A stretch of DNA of 64,000 nt, from positions 530,617 through 594,616 of the forward strand of contig JAPDFW010000044.1 of the NCBI GenBank assembly GCA_028826165.1. Reading direction: 5' to 3'. The notes under the pieces are model-generated. The model did not search any database, was not told where the DNA came from, and worked only from the letters and a program-made list of their open reading frames with translations. The position numbers were made by a program, and so were the translations under genes. Shown piece by piece: positions 39,901-49,997 of this stretch; positions within the stretch are counted from its first letter, which is position 1, and each line of letters opens with the position of its first letter. This DNA comes from Anaeramoeba ignava BMAN (taxonomy: Eukaryota; Protista; Anaeramoebae).

Positions 39901-42900
39901 GGAGCCTTATTAAATATTGGATTAAATGATCGTAAATTAATTATAAAAAAAAAAAGAGATTTAAATTCAAAATTAATTTATTCAAAAAAAAAAGAAAATC
40001 AAATTGAAATTAGTAAACTCAATGGAATTGAAACTATTATTAAAGCAATGAATAATTTCCCAAACAATCAAATAATCCAAATACAAGCATGTGGAGCCTT
40101 ATTAAATATTGCTATGAATGAAGGTAGATTAAGGCATAAATACAACAAAAATAAAAATAAATTTATTCAAAAAAAATAATATAAATTTTATTCAAAGAAA
40201 ATAAAATCCAAATACGAAAGCTACATGGAATTGAAACTATTATTAAAGCAATGAATAATTTCCCAAATAATGAAGATATTCAAATCAAAGGATCTGGAGC
40301 TTTAGGGAATATTTCTTCAAATAATAATGGTAAATCACCAAAAAATCAAAAACAAAAATAAAAATCAATTTATTCAAAAAAAAAATAATATAAATTATTC
40401 AAAGAAAATCAAATCCAAATACGGAAGCTAAATGGAATTGAAACTATTATTAAATCAATGAATAATTTTCCAAATAATGAAGATATTCAATTTCAAGCAT
40501 GTGGAGCTTTATTAGTTATTGCTTTAAATTATGGTAAATCCAAATATAAATTACTAAATAGCAAATTCAATTTACTCAAAAAATAACAAAAAATAAAAAG
40601 AAAATCAAATTGAAATACGCAAATTAAATGGGATTGAAACTATTATTAAATCTATGAATAATTTCTCAAATAATCAAGATATCCAATTAAAAGGATGTGG
40701 AGCTTTATTGAATATTGCTTTAAATTATGGTAAATCCAAATATAAATTAATAAATAACAAATTCAATTTACTCAAAAAATAACAAAAAATAAAAAAAAGA
40801 AAATAAAATTGAAATAAGAAAGCATCAAGGGATTGAAACTATTATTAAAGCAATGAATAATTTTCCAAATAATGAAGATATTCAATTTCAAGGAAGTGAA
40901 AATTTAACAAATATTGCTTTGGTTTATGGTAAATCCAATCAGAAAAAAAGTTATCTAATTTAAATTTAAAAAATCAATTTATTTTAATAACAAAAAATAA
41001 AAAGAAAATCAAATTGAAATACGAAAATTAAATGGAATTGAGCCTATTATCAAAGCAATGAATAATTTCTCAAATAATGAGGGTATCCAAAATAGAGGAT
41101 GTGGAGCTTTATTGAGTATTAGTTATAATAATAATGGTAAATTCAATCAGAAAGAAATGATCGGATTTAAATTTACAAAATCATTTTAAAATCAAAAATA
41201 ACAAAAAATAAAAAGAAAATCAAATTGAAATACGAAAATTAAATGGGATTGAAACTATTATTAAAGCAATGAATAATTTCTCAAATAATGAGGGTATCCA
41301 AATCAAAGGATCTGGAGCTTTAGGGAATATTGCTTATAATGACGGTAAATTAAAAATAAAAATTAATAAAATTCAAATCCAAAAAATCAATTTATTTTAA
41401 AATCAAAAATAAAAATAAAAATAAAAATAAAAATAAAAAGAAAATCAAATTGAAATTAGTAAATTAAATGGAATTGAACCTATTATAAAAGCAATGAATA
41501 ATTTCCCAAATAATCAAGATATTCAAATCAGAGGATGTGGAGCCTTATTGAATATTGCTATGAATGAAGGTAAATTAAAAATAATTAATCCAATTTAAAT
41601 TTAAATTTAAAATCATTTTAAAATCAAAAGAAAATAAAATTGAAATACGAAAATTAAATGGAATTGGAGTTGTTATAAAAGCTATGAATAATTTCTCAAA
41701 ATAATCAAGATATTCAAAAAAATGGATGCTGGACTTTAGGGAATATTGCTATTAATGAAGGTAAGTTAAAAATAATTCATCTCATTGAAATCCAAAAAAA
41801 TACATTTATTTTAATAAATAAAAAAAAAAAGAAAATCAAATTGAAATCTATAATTTAAAAGGAATTGAACCTATTATCAAAGCAATGAATAATTTCCCAA
41901 ATAATGAAGATATTCAAAATAGAGGATGTGCAGCTTTATTGAGTCTTGCTAATAATAATCGTAAATTAACAAAAAATCAAAGAATATCAAAAACAAAATA
42001 ATTCATTTTAAAATCAAAAAAATTAAAAAGAAAATCAAAATCGAATAAGAGAATTAAATGGAATTGAACCTATTATTAAAACTATGAATAATCTCTCAGA
42101 TAATGAAAATATTCAAGTCACAGGATGTGGATTTTTATTGAATATTGCTTCGAATAATGATGGTAAATCAATAAAAAATTAAAGAATATCAAAAACAAAA
42201 TAATTCATTTTAAAATAAAAAGAAAATCAAATCGAAATACGCAAATTAAATGGAATTGAAACTGTTATTAAAACTATGAATAATCTCTCAAAAAATGAAG
42301 ATATTCAAATTAGAGGATGTGGATTTTTATTGACTATTGCTGTTAATAATAAAGGTAAATCAATAAAAAATCAAAGAATATCAAAAACAAAATAAATCAT
42401 TTTAAAATCAAAATTAAAAGAAAATCAAAATCGAATAAGAGAATTAAATGGAATTGAACCTATTATTAAAGCAATGAATAATTTCCCAAATAATGAAGAT
42501 ATTCAAGAAAATGGATGTTGGGCTTTAGGAAATATCTCTTTTAATAATGCTAGTAAATCAAACAAAATTAAATTCCAAAAACAAAATAATTCATTTTAAA
42601 ATCAAAAAAACAAAAAATAAAAAGAAAATCAAAATGAAATTCTCAAATTAAATGGGATTGAAACTGCTATAAAAGCAATGAATAATTTTCCAAATAATGA
42701 AGATATTCAAATTAAAGGATCTTGGACTTTATTGAGCTTTGCTAATAATGAAGGTAAATCACCAATAAATCCAATAAACATAAAATTTATTCAAATCAAA
42801 AAATCAAAAAATCGAAATAGAAAACAAAACAAAAATTAGAGAATTAAATGGGATTGAAACTGTTATAAAAGCAATGAATAATTTCCCAAATAATGAAGAT

Positions 42901-45900
42901 ATTCAAATCAGGGGATGTGGAATTGTATTGAATATAAGTTCAAATAATAAAGGTAAATCATCAATAAATTCAATAAACATAAAATTTATTCAAATCAAAA
43001 AATCAAAAAATCAAAAAATCGAAATAGAAAACAAAACAAAAATTAGAGAATTAAATGGGATTGAAACTGTTATAAAAGCAATGAATAATTTCCCAAATAA
43101 TGGAGATATTCAACATTATGGATGTTGGGTTTTATTAAATATTGGTTCAAATAATAATGGTAAATCAATAAAAAAATCAAATCCAAAAAATCAATTTATT
43201 TAAAAACAAAAAAAAAAAAGAAAATCAAATTGAAATAAACAAATTGAAAGGAATTGAATCAATTATAAAAGCAATGAATAAGTTCCAAAATAACCAAGAT
43301 ATTCAACTTAAAGGATGTGGAGCTTTAGGAATTATTGTGAATAATGAAGGTAAATAAATTAACACAAAATGAAAATGAAAATGAAAATAAAAATAATTCT
43401 TCTTTTTAATCTTTATTAAATCAAAAAAAAAAAAGAAAATCAAAAAGAGTTGATGAAATTAAATGGGATTGATACAATCAAAAAAGCAATGGGCCAATTC
43501 CATCCTCATTTGCCACACGAAAAAAATAAAATTTTTTATATAAGAAATTTTTTTTTGTTTTTTAAAAATAATAAAAATTTCTTTTTGAGGATTTTAATTT
43601 TGATTTTGATTTTTATTTATTTAAATCCTCTTTTCAACAAAATTATGAAAAGGAAATGATTCCCAAAAAAAAATCTCACGGAATTTTAAGGAGATTGTAT
43701 TTAGGATTGCTCTCAAATTTGGGTCTTCTTTCCCTTTTTCTTCTAACTTATTCTTAAGAAATTGAATTTGTTGATACAACCTTCTTATTCTAAAATGGAT
43801 TGTTTGAACTTCTTCTCTTTCTAGAAGAAATGCAAGCATATATCGAGTTTTTCTTCCATGTTTTTTTTGAATAAAATTAACAATTTGAGGGCATTCCCAT
43901 CTTAAAAAGCATCTCAAAAATCCAAATAAACATATGAAAGGTCCACAATCGTTGCTATTTTTTTGTAACTCTTTTTGCTTCCATTTAATAACCTTCAATT
44001 TTGCCTTCAATAATGAATTAAGCTGATTTATTCCTCTAGAGTATATTTGATGTGGTTTACTATTAAAGATCTCCAATTCATTCTTATTTCGATGAAAAAC
44101 TGCTAGAATCCAGTGATGTTGATAAAATAAGGGAATAATCCATTCATTTTTTATTGCAAGAAGCTCACTATTTTGGATTATTTGAGATCTAATCATTTCC
44201 AAATTTCCTGAATCAAAAATAAAAAGATGTTGGGGTCGTTTGTAGCAGTAAAGAATTTGAAAAAAATTATCAATATCAGAAGTGGAAAACCAATTTTTAG
44301 TTGGGATCCAAGATAAAATTCGATCTCTCCAAGTTGTAAATCTTCCAGGATCTAGACTTTCATTAATTCTCAGTGTTTCAATAATTTGATCTATGTTTTC
44401 CAGATTGTAAATAAGATCCAAATTTTGTTGCATATTTTGTTGTTTACCTATCTCTTCTTGTATATTTCGTTCATTCTTTTCTGATTCCTTTTTTTCTTTC
44501 TCTGTTTGTTTTGACTTATGTTTTGACTTATGTTTTGATTTATGTTTAGATTTATGTTTTGACTTATGTTTAGATTTATGTTTAGATTTATGTTTTGATT
44601 TATCTTTAGATTTATGTTTTGATTTATGTTTAGATTTATGTTTTGATTTATCTTTAGATTTATCTTTAGATTTATGTTTTTGTTTATCCTTTTTTTTTGA
44701 AATAGGTTCTGAATTTGAATTATTTCTATCACAACTTGCTTTTTTCTCATCATTTTGAATAATATTAATTTTCTTTTCCTCATTTAACTTTCCTTTTTTT
44801 GTTGTTTTCCTTCTTTTTCTTTGTTGTTTATTCTCCATTTTGCTTTTGTTTTTTTCTTCCTCTTTTTTTAGCTTCTCTTCTTTTTGTGCACGTTTTATTT
44901 CTTTGATTACTTTTTTGTTTTCTTGTTTTTTTTCATATATCTTTGTTTCTTTTTCATTTCTAGTTGTTTTTCTCAAAGTACGTCCTTTTGCTGACAAATT
45001 ATAAAGTGCAGCACAAACCAAAATGACTGCTTTATGTAAATGAAGATTGAGCCGCACTTTTTCTCTCAGAATTCTTTTCACCTTTAATATGGAGAAAACA
45101 TTTTCTATAATAGATCTTTCTTTATTAATCAAATCATTTCTATCCTTTTGTTCTTTTGTAAAACCTTTTTTTCTTTTTTTGAATGGAGTGATAGAATATG
45201 AATGATGGAATGCCTTATCTCCTAAGACTTTATAAGGTTTTAATTTTTTATCCAAATCACATGCATAAACAGCAGGAGAATCATGCATAGATCCCTCAAA
45301 ACCAACTGCAAAAAAAATTATGACTCCTTTTCGATCACAAACAACTATTGCTTTCATACAGCTTGTTCCTCTCTTCATACTATACCAAGCTTTTTCATCT
45401 TTCAAAATTCTGCTTCGAGGAAAATCAGTCCCGTCAATTACACCAATAACAGAAGGAAGACCTACTTGATTCCATTCCGCTTCCAATCTTATAAGTTCTT
45501 CTCTTGGAGGAAATTGAATCTGGTTTTCCAGAATAGTTTTTAATTGTGTTAACACTTCTTCAATATATCTCTTCACTGTTGTTGTCCCAATACGCCAAAT
45601 CACTGCTAAAAAAGAATAAGAACAATAATGTTTTATCCAAGTTAATAGGATTAATAAACGATTGGGAAGATCCACTAATTTCTCGTTTCGAGAAGGACTA
45701 TTAGGAGGACTTGAATTTTGCTTATTTGGAAATGCAGTTTGAATACCATTAATAAGAAATTCAATTGTTTGTCTTTTTTCTCCAGTAAAACTGAGCAAAC
45801 TTTTTGGATCGTTTTTGATTTCTTCCCAAACATCTCTGTAAAGTAGATTTTTCACAATTTGAGACTGAAATTGTGAATTCTGACTTGAAGATTGTGAAGA

Positions 45901-46428
45901 AATTGGAGAATTGGAATTTTGAGATGAAATGATTTTTGATTTATTGAGTGTGTCTTTTTGATAAAGAAAAAATCTATAGACTTCAATCATTTCTTGGATT
46001 AGTTCATCATAAGTGAGCGTGTTTTTGAGCTGCTTTAATTGATCTACAGTGTTTTTACTCACTTTAATTGTGGTATTTTTTGATTTAGAATTGTTATTCA
46101 TTTGTGTTGAGTTGAAAAAAATATTTAGAAATGAAAATAAAAAGAAAAAAATGAAATTGGATTGTTTATTTTTGGATTAAAAAAAAAATTTTAGTTAAAC
46201 ATTCACTATTTCAATCTTAACTGGGTATACCTAAGTGTCGAAAATTTTCTTTGAGTATAATTTGAGTATTGGAATCGTTTTATTTTAAATAAATGAGGAG
46301 TTGAAATTTTGAAATTTTCCTTAGGAATCTCCCCAATGAATAATTTTCCAAAAAATTCAAAAATTCAAGAAAAAGCAAATTTGATTATTAAAAAATTACC
46401 TAAAAAGAAGAATTTCTTTTTCTTCTAA
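36968..46428 (+). CDS. BTB/BACK - coiled coil - armadillo-repeat protein: large first exon (36968-38972), cap exon 39047-39151, 20 cassette exons (39310-43349), terminal exon 43436-43490 + 46338-46428 split by a transposon
   Basis: BTB motif CDFTIYVGNKKEKILCHKIILNSRSRFF...IISFLYDSE. Repeats of consensus ENQIEIRKLNGIETIIKAMNNFPNNEDIQxxGCGALLNIAxN are ARM-like. Every exon has AG/GT boundaries in phase 1. Confidence 0.85.
36983..37460 (+). repeat. Coding tandem repeat, 72-nt unit (QETKSTSKSISKSTQLKDKENKKD) at the N-terminus of the BTB-ARM gene
   Basis: CAAGAAACTAAATCA recurs at 36983, 37055, 37127, 37255 and 37381. Confidence 0.85.
39310..43349 (+). repeat. Tandem array of 20 exon+intron units, each exon encoding one ARM repeat
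   Basis: Exons: 39310-39438, 39613-39741, 39803-39931, 39995-40123, 40198-40329, 40405-40533, 40601-40729, 40800-40928, 41005-41136, 41216-41344, 41441-41569, 41631-41760, 41832-41960, 42031-42162, 42223-42354, 42421-42552, 42625-42753, 42821-42952, 43028-43159, 43221-43349. All are 129 or 132 nt except one of 130 nt. Confidence 0.92.
43491..46334 (-). mobile_element. DNA transposon of the PIF/Harbinger/ISL2EU (IS5-related) group, 2844 bp, AAT target-site duplication
   Basis: Removing 43491-46337 restores the host repeat AAAGCAATGAATAATTTTCCA (KAMNNFP). AAT lies at 43488-43490 and 46335-46337. Imperfect TIRs GGGCCAATTCC / GGGGAGATTCC (8/11). Inverted TCCTCATTT at 43503 and 46291-46299. The element encodes a DDE transposase. 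Confidence 0.93.
43621..46101 (-). CDS. Transposase fusion: RHH-like N-terminus, HTH_Tnp_4-like, DDE_Tnp_4-like nuclease, K-rich linker, Ulp1/C48-like (clan CE) cysteine protease
   Basis: VIDGTDFP, YSMKRG, GSMHDS, LGDKAF and RSIIENVFSILK give the DDE triad. LLILLTWIKHYCSYSFLAVIWRIGTTTVKRYI is the HTH. WFSTSDID...IIPLFYQHHWIL...IFNS...QKNSNDCGPFIC is the protease. The 826-aa ORF is intact and intronless. Confidence 0.9.
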   Translation of the reverse strand: MNNNSKSKNTTIKVSKNTVDQLKQLKNTLTYDELIQEMIEVYRFFLYQKDTLNKSKIISSQNSNSPISSQSSSQNSQFQSQIVKNLLYRDVWEEIKNDPKSLLSFTGEKRQTIEFLINGIQTAFPNKQNSSPPNSPSRNEKLVDLPNRLLILLTWIKHYCSYSFLAVIWRIGTTTVKRYIEEVLTQLKTILENQIQFPPREELIRLEAEWNQVGLPSVIGVIDGTDFPRSRILKDEKAWYSMKRGTSCMKAIVVCDRKGVIIFFAVGFEGSMHDSPAVYACDLDKKLKPYKVLGDKAFHHSYSITPFKKRKKGFTKEQKDRNDLINKERSIIENVFSILKVKRILREKVRLNLHLHKAVILVCAALYNLSAKGRTLRKTTRNEKETKIYEKKQENKKVIKEIKRAQKEEKLKKEEEKNKSKMENKQQRKRRKTTKKGKLNEEKKINIIQNDEKKASCDRNNSNSEPISKKKDKQKHKSKDKSKDKSKHKSKHKSKHKSKDKSKHKSKHKSKHKSKHKSKHKSKHKSKHKSKQTEKEKKESEKNERNIQEEIGKQQNMQQNLDLIYNLENIDQIIETLRINESLDPGRFTTWRDRILSWIPTKNWFSTSDIDNFFQILYCYKRPQHLFIFDSGNLEMIRSQIIQNSELLAIKNEWIIPLFYQHHWILAVFHRNKNELEIFNSKPHQIYSRGINQLNSLLKAKLKVIKWKQKELQKNSNDCGPFICLFGFLRCFLRWECPQIVNFIQKKHGRKTRYMLAFLLEREEVQTIHFRIRRLYQQIQFLKNKLEEKGKEDPNLRAILNTISLKFREIFFWESFPFHNFVEKRI

Positions 46429-46479
46429 CTTTTGATTTTTCTAATCTTTTTTTTTTCTTTCTCTTTGAAAAATAAAATA

Positions 46480-47310
46480 ATTTAAAAAAATGAGAATAGA
46501 TTTAATTTAATATTTAATTTATAAATTAATTTAAAAATATAATTTAATATTTAATTTTATTATTAAAATAATAATTTAATGTTTTAGATTTGAATATTTT
46601 ATTATTTAAATATTTAACATATAAATATAAAAAATAAGAATAGATTTAATTTAATATTTAATTTATAAATTAATTTAAAAATATAATTTAATATTTAGTT
46701 CCATTATTAAAATAATAATTTAATGTTTTAGATTTAAATATTTTTTTATTATTTAAATATTTAACATAAAAATATAAAAATAAGAATAGATTTAATTTAA
46801 TATTTAATTTATAAATTAATTTAAAAATACAATTTAATATTTAGTTTTATGTTTAAAATAATAATTTATTGTTTTAGATTTAAATATTTTATTATTTAAA
46901 TATTTAACATAAAAATATAAAAATGAGAATAGATTTTAATTTAATATTTAATTTATAAATTAATTTAAAAATATAATTTAATATTTAATTTTATTATTCA
47001 ATTTCTAATTTAATGTTTTTAGATTTAAATATTTTATTATTTAAATATTTAACATATAAATATAAAAAATAAGAATAGATTTAATTTAATATTTAATTTA
47101 TAAATTAATTTAAAAATATAATTTAATATTTAATTCCATTATTCAATTTCTAATTTAATGTTTTAGATTTAAATATTTTATTATTTAAATATTTAACATA
47201 TAAATATAAAAAATAAGAATAGGTTTAATTTAATATTTAATTTATAAATTAATTTAAAAATATAATTTAATATTTAGTTTTATGTTTAAAATAATAATTT
47301 AATGTTTCAA
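46480..47310. repeat. Tandem repeat, ~145-bp unit, ~5.7 copies, intergenic
   Basis: The GAATAG anchor recurs at 46494, 46638, 46784, 46927, 47073 and 47217. Confidence 0.9.
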
Positions 47311-47384
47311 AATATTTTTTTATTTTTTATTTTTTATTTTTTTATTTTTCATTTTTCATTTTTCATTTTTCATTTTTCATTTAA

Positions 47385-49674
47385 ATGGAAACTCTTCAAA
47401 TTTTATCTGAGCAAATCCCACAATTACAAGGAGATTTTGCGATTATTCAACAACTTTATGAGAAAAAACTTTGGCATCAATTAACAGAAAAATTAGATGA
47501 ATTAATGACGAATCCAGTTTTTCGAATTGGTGATATTCTTCAAACTTTTTATACAGGTTTTCTTATGAAAATAGAAACAAAACTTAATCCTTTAAAAGTT
47601 GTTAGTTTTGTTATTGAAGTTTCACGAACAATTCCAGGTTTAAAATTAAAATTAAAATTAAAATTAAAATTAAAATTAAAATTAAAATTAAAATTAAAAT
47701 TTAAATTTAAATTAAAATTAAAATTAAAATTAAAATTAAAATTAAAATTAAAATTAAAATTAAAATTAAAATTAAAATTAAAATTAAAATTAAAATTAAA
47801 ATTAAAATTAAAATTAAAAAAAAATTAAAATTAAAATTAAAATTAAAATTAAAATTAAAATTTAAATTAAAATTAAAATTAAAATTAAAATTAAAATTAA
47901 AATTAAAATTAAAATTAAAATTAAAATTAAAATTAAAATTAAAATTAAAATTAAAATTAAAATTAAAAAAATTAAAATTAAAATTAAAATTAAAATTAAA
48001 ATTAAAATTAAAATTAAAATTCAAAATTAAAATTAAAATTAAAATTAAAATTAAAATTAAAATTAATAATAAAATCAAAATTAAAATTAAATTTTTAGAT
48101 CTTGAAGAGAAAATAAAATTATTACAAAATTTATTAAGAAAAGTAGAAAAATCAATTAGTTCAGCAATTCTTCTTAAACTTGAAATTTCCAGAATTTTGT
48201 TAAAACAAAATGATTTAATAAAAGTAAATGAAATATTACAAGATACAAAAACATTAATAGAAGGATCTGGTGGAATATCTTTAATAGAATCTAATGTTCT
48301 TGCTTCTTATTATCAAGTTTCATATAGTTACTTTAAAGTATGTTAGAAAAAAATATAAACCAAAATTATTTTTATTCAAAAAAATATAAATCAAAATTAT
48401 TTTTATTCAAAAAAATATAAACCAAAATTATTTTTATTCTATTTTATTCTTATTAGTTTAAAGAAGATTATGATAAATTTTATCATCAAGCTATGCTTTA
48501 TTTGACTTTTGAAAAACTTGAAAATGTTCCTGTTTTTAATCAACAAGATTTGGCTTTTAATTTAGGTTTAGCTGCATTAATTTCAGAAACAATTTTTAAT
48601 TTTGGAGAACTTGTAAAAATATTAACAAATTAATTTAAAAATAAATTCAAAATAAATTTAAAATAAATTTAAAATAAATTCAAAACAAATTCAAAACAAA
48701 TTAAAACAAAAAATAAATTTAAAAATAAATTTAAAATAAATTTAAAATAAATTTAAAAATAAATTCAAAATAAATTTAAAATAAATTCAAAATAAATTCA
48801 AAATAAATTTAAAAATAAATTTAAAATAAATTTAAAATAAATTTAAAATAAATTCAAAATAAATTTAAAAATAAATTTAAAATAAATTCAAAATAAATTA
48901 AAAATAAATTCCTAATTAAATTCAAAATAAATTTAAAATAAATTCAAAACAAATTCAAAACAAATTCAAAACAAATTTAAAATAAATTTAAAATAAATTT
49001 AAAATTAATTTCAAAATAAATTTAAAATTAAATTCAAAATAAATTCCTAAATAAATTTAAAATAAATTTCAAAATTAAAAAATAAATTTAAAATAAATTT
49101 AAAATAAATTTAAAAATAAATTCAAAACAAATTTAAAATTAATTTAAAATAAATTCCCTAAAATAAATTTTAATGTTAGATTGCTCATCCAATTCTTGAA
49201 TCACTTAAAAACTCAAATTATAATTGGATGTATGAACTACTTCACGCATACAACAATGGAGATATGAAGAAATACGAGGAAATAATCAGCATTCACAACG
49301 ACGAAATGGAAAACGAAATTCTATTAAAAAAACATCATGAACTTTTAAAACAAAAAATCACCGCATCAGCACTTGTTGAGTTTATATTTCGGCAACCAAC
49401 AGAAAGTAGAGTCCTTTCTTTCGAGTCAATCGCACAATTTCTTCAAACACAAGTCGATTCTGTTGAGCTTTTAATCATGAAATGCATGTCTCTCAATCTG
49501 ATAAAAGGAACAATTGACCAAGTCGATCAAGTTCTAAAAGTAACTTGGGTCATTCCACGTGTATTGTCCCAAAATCAAATCCAAGTTTTAAAAGACAGAT
49601 TGCAAAGTTGGAATTCAAGAGTCCATGAAAAACTTTTGTTATTAGAATCAGAAACTCAAGAGCTTTTCAATTGA
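47385..49674 (+). CDS. PSMD13: 26S proteasome lid subunit Rpn9/PSMD13; exons 47385-47637, 48099-48337, 48457-48612, 49180-49674
   Basis: LYEKKLWHQLT, AALISETIFNFGEL/IAHPILESL, PCI domain VELLIMKCMSLNLIKGTIDQVD..VTWVIPRVL. GT-AG introns, two of them filled with micro/minisatellite. Confidence 0.95.
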
Positions 49675-49997
49675 TTTTTTTTTTTCTTTCTTAAAAAAGA
49701 TTTTCTTTTGATTTTTTTTTTTCTTTCTTTCTTTCTTTCATTTTCTTTTTCAAAATCCCAAAACAATTTAAACAAGATTAATAAAAATTCAAGAATTTAA
49801 ATTGTTTTTTGTTTTTTTTTTTTTAAATTTTTGTTCCACTTTTGATTTTTTTAATTATTTTTTCTTATTAAAATTTTTTTTTTAATTTTAGATTTAGGAA
49901 TAAAAAGGGGATAAAATTTTTTTTTTAATTTTTTTTTTTCATTTTTTTTCTTTTTTCTTTTATTTTCTTTTTTATTTTTTTGATTTGTTTTTTTAAA

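Noticed and set aside
39310-43349. Repeat-spacer pattern resembling CRISPR or a diversity-generating retroelement
   Set aside because: The repeats are protein-coding exons and the spacers are GT-AG introns. There is no reverse transcriptase in the window and the variation is not adenine-specific.
43621-46101. Domesticated HARBI1-like host gene or viral (adenain/polinton) protease gene
   Set aside because: It has TIRs, a TSD and interrupts a host exon, so it is a mobile element. No capsid, polB or integrase genes are nearby.
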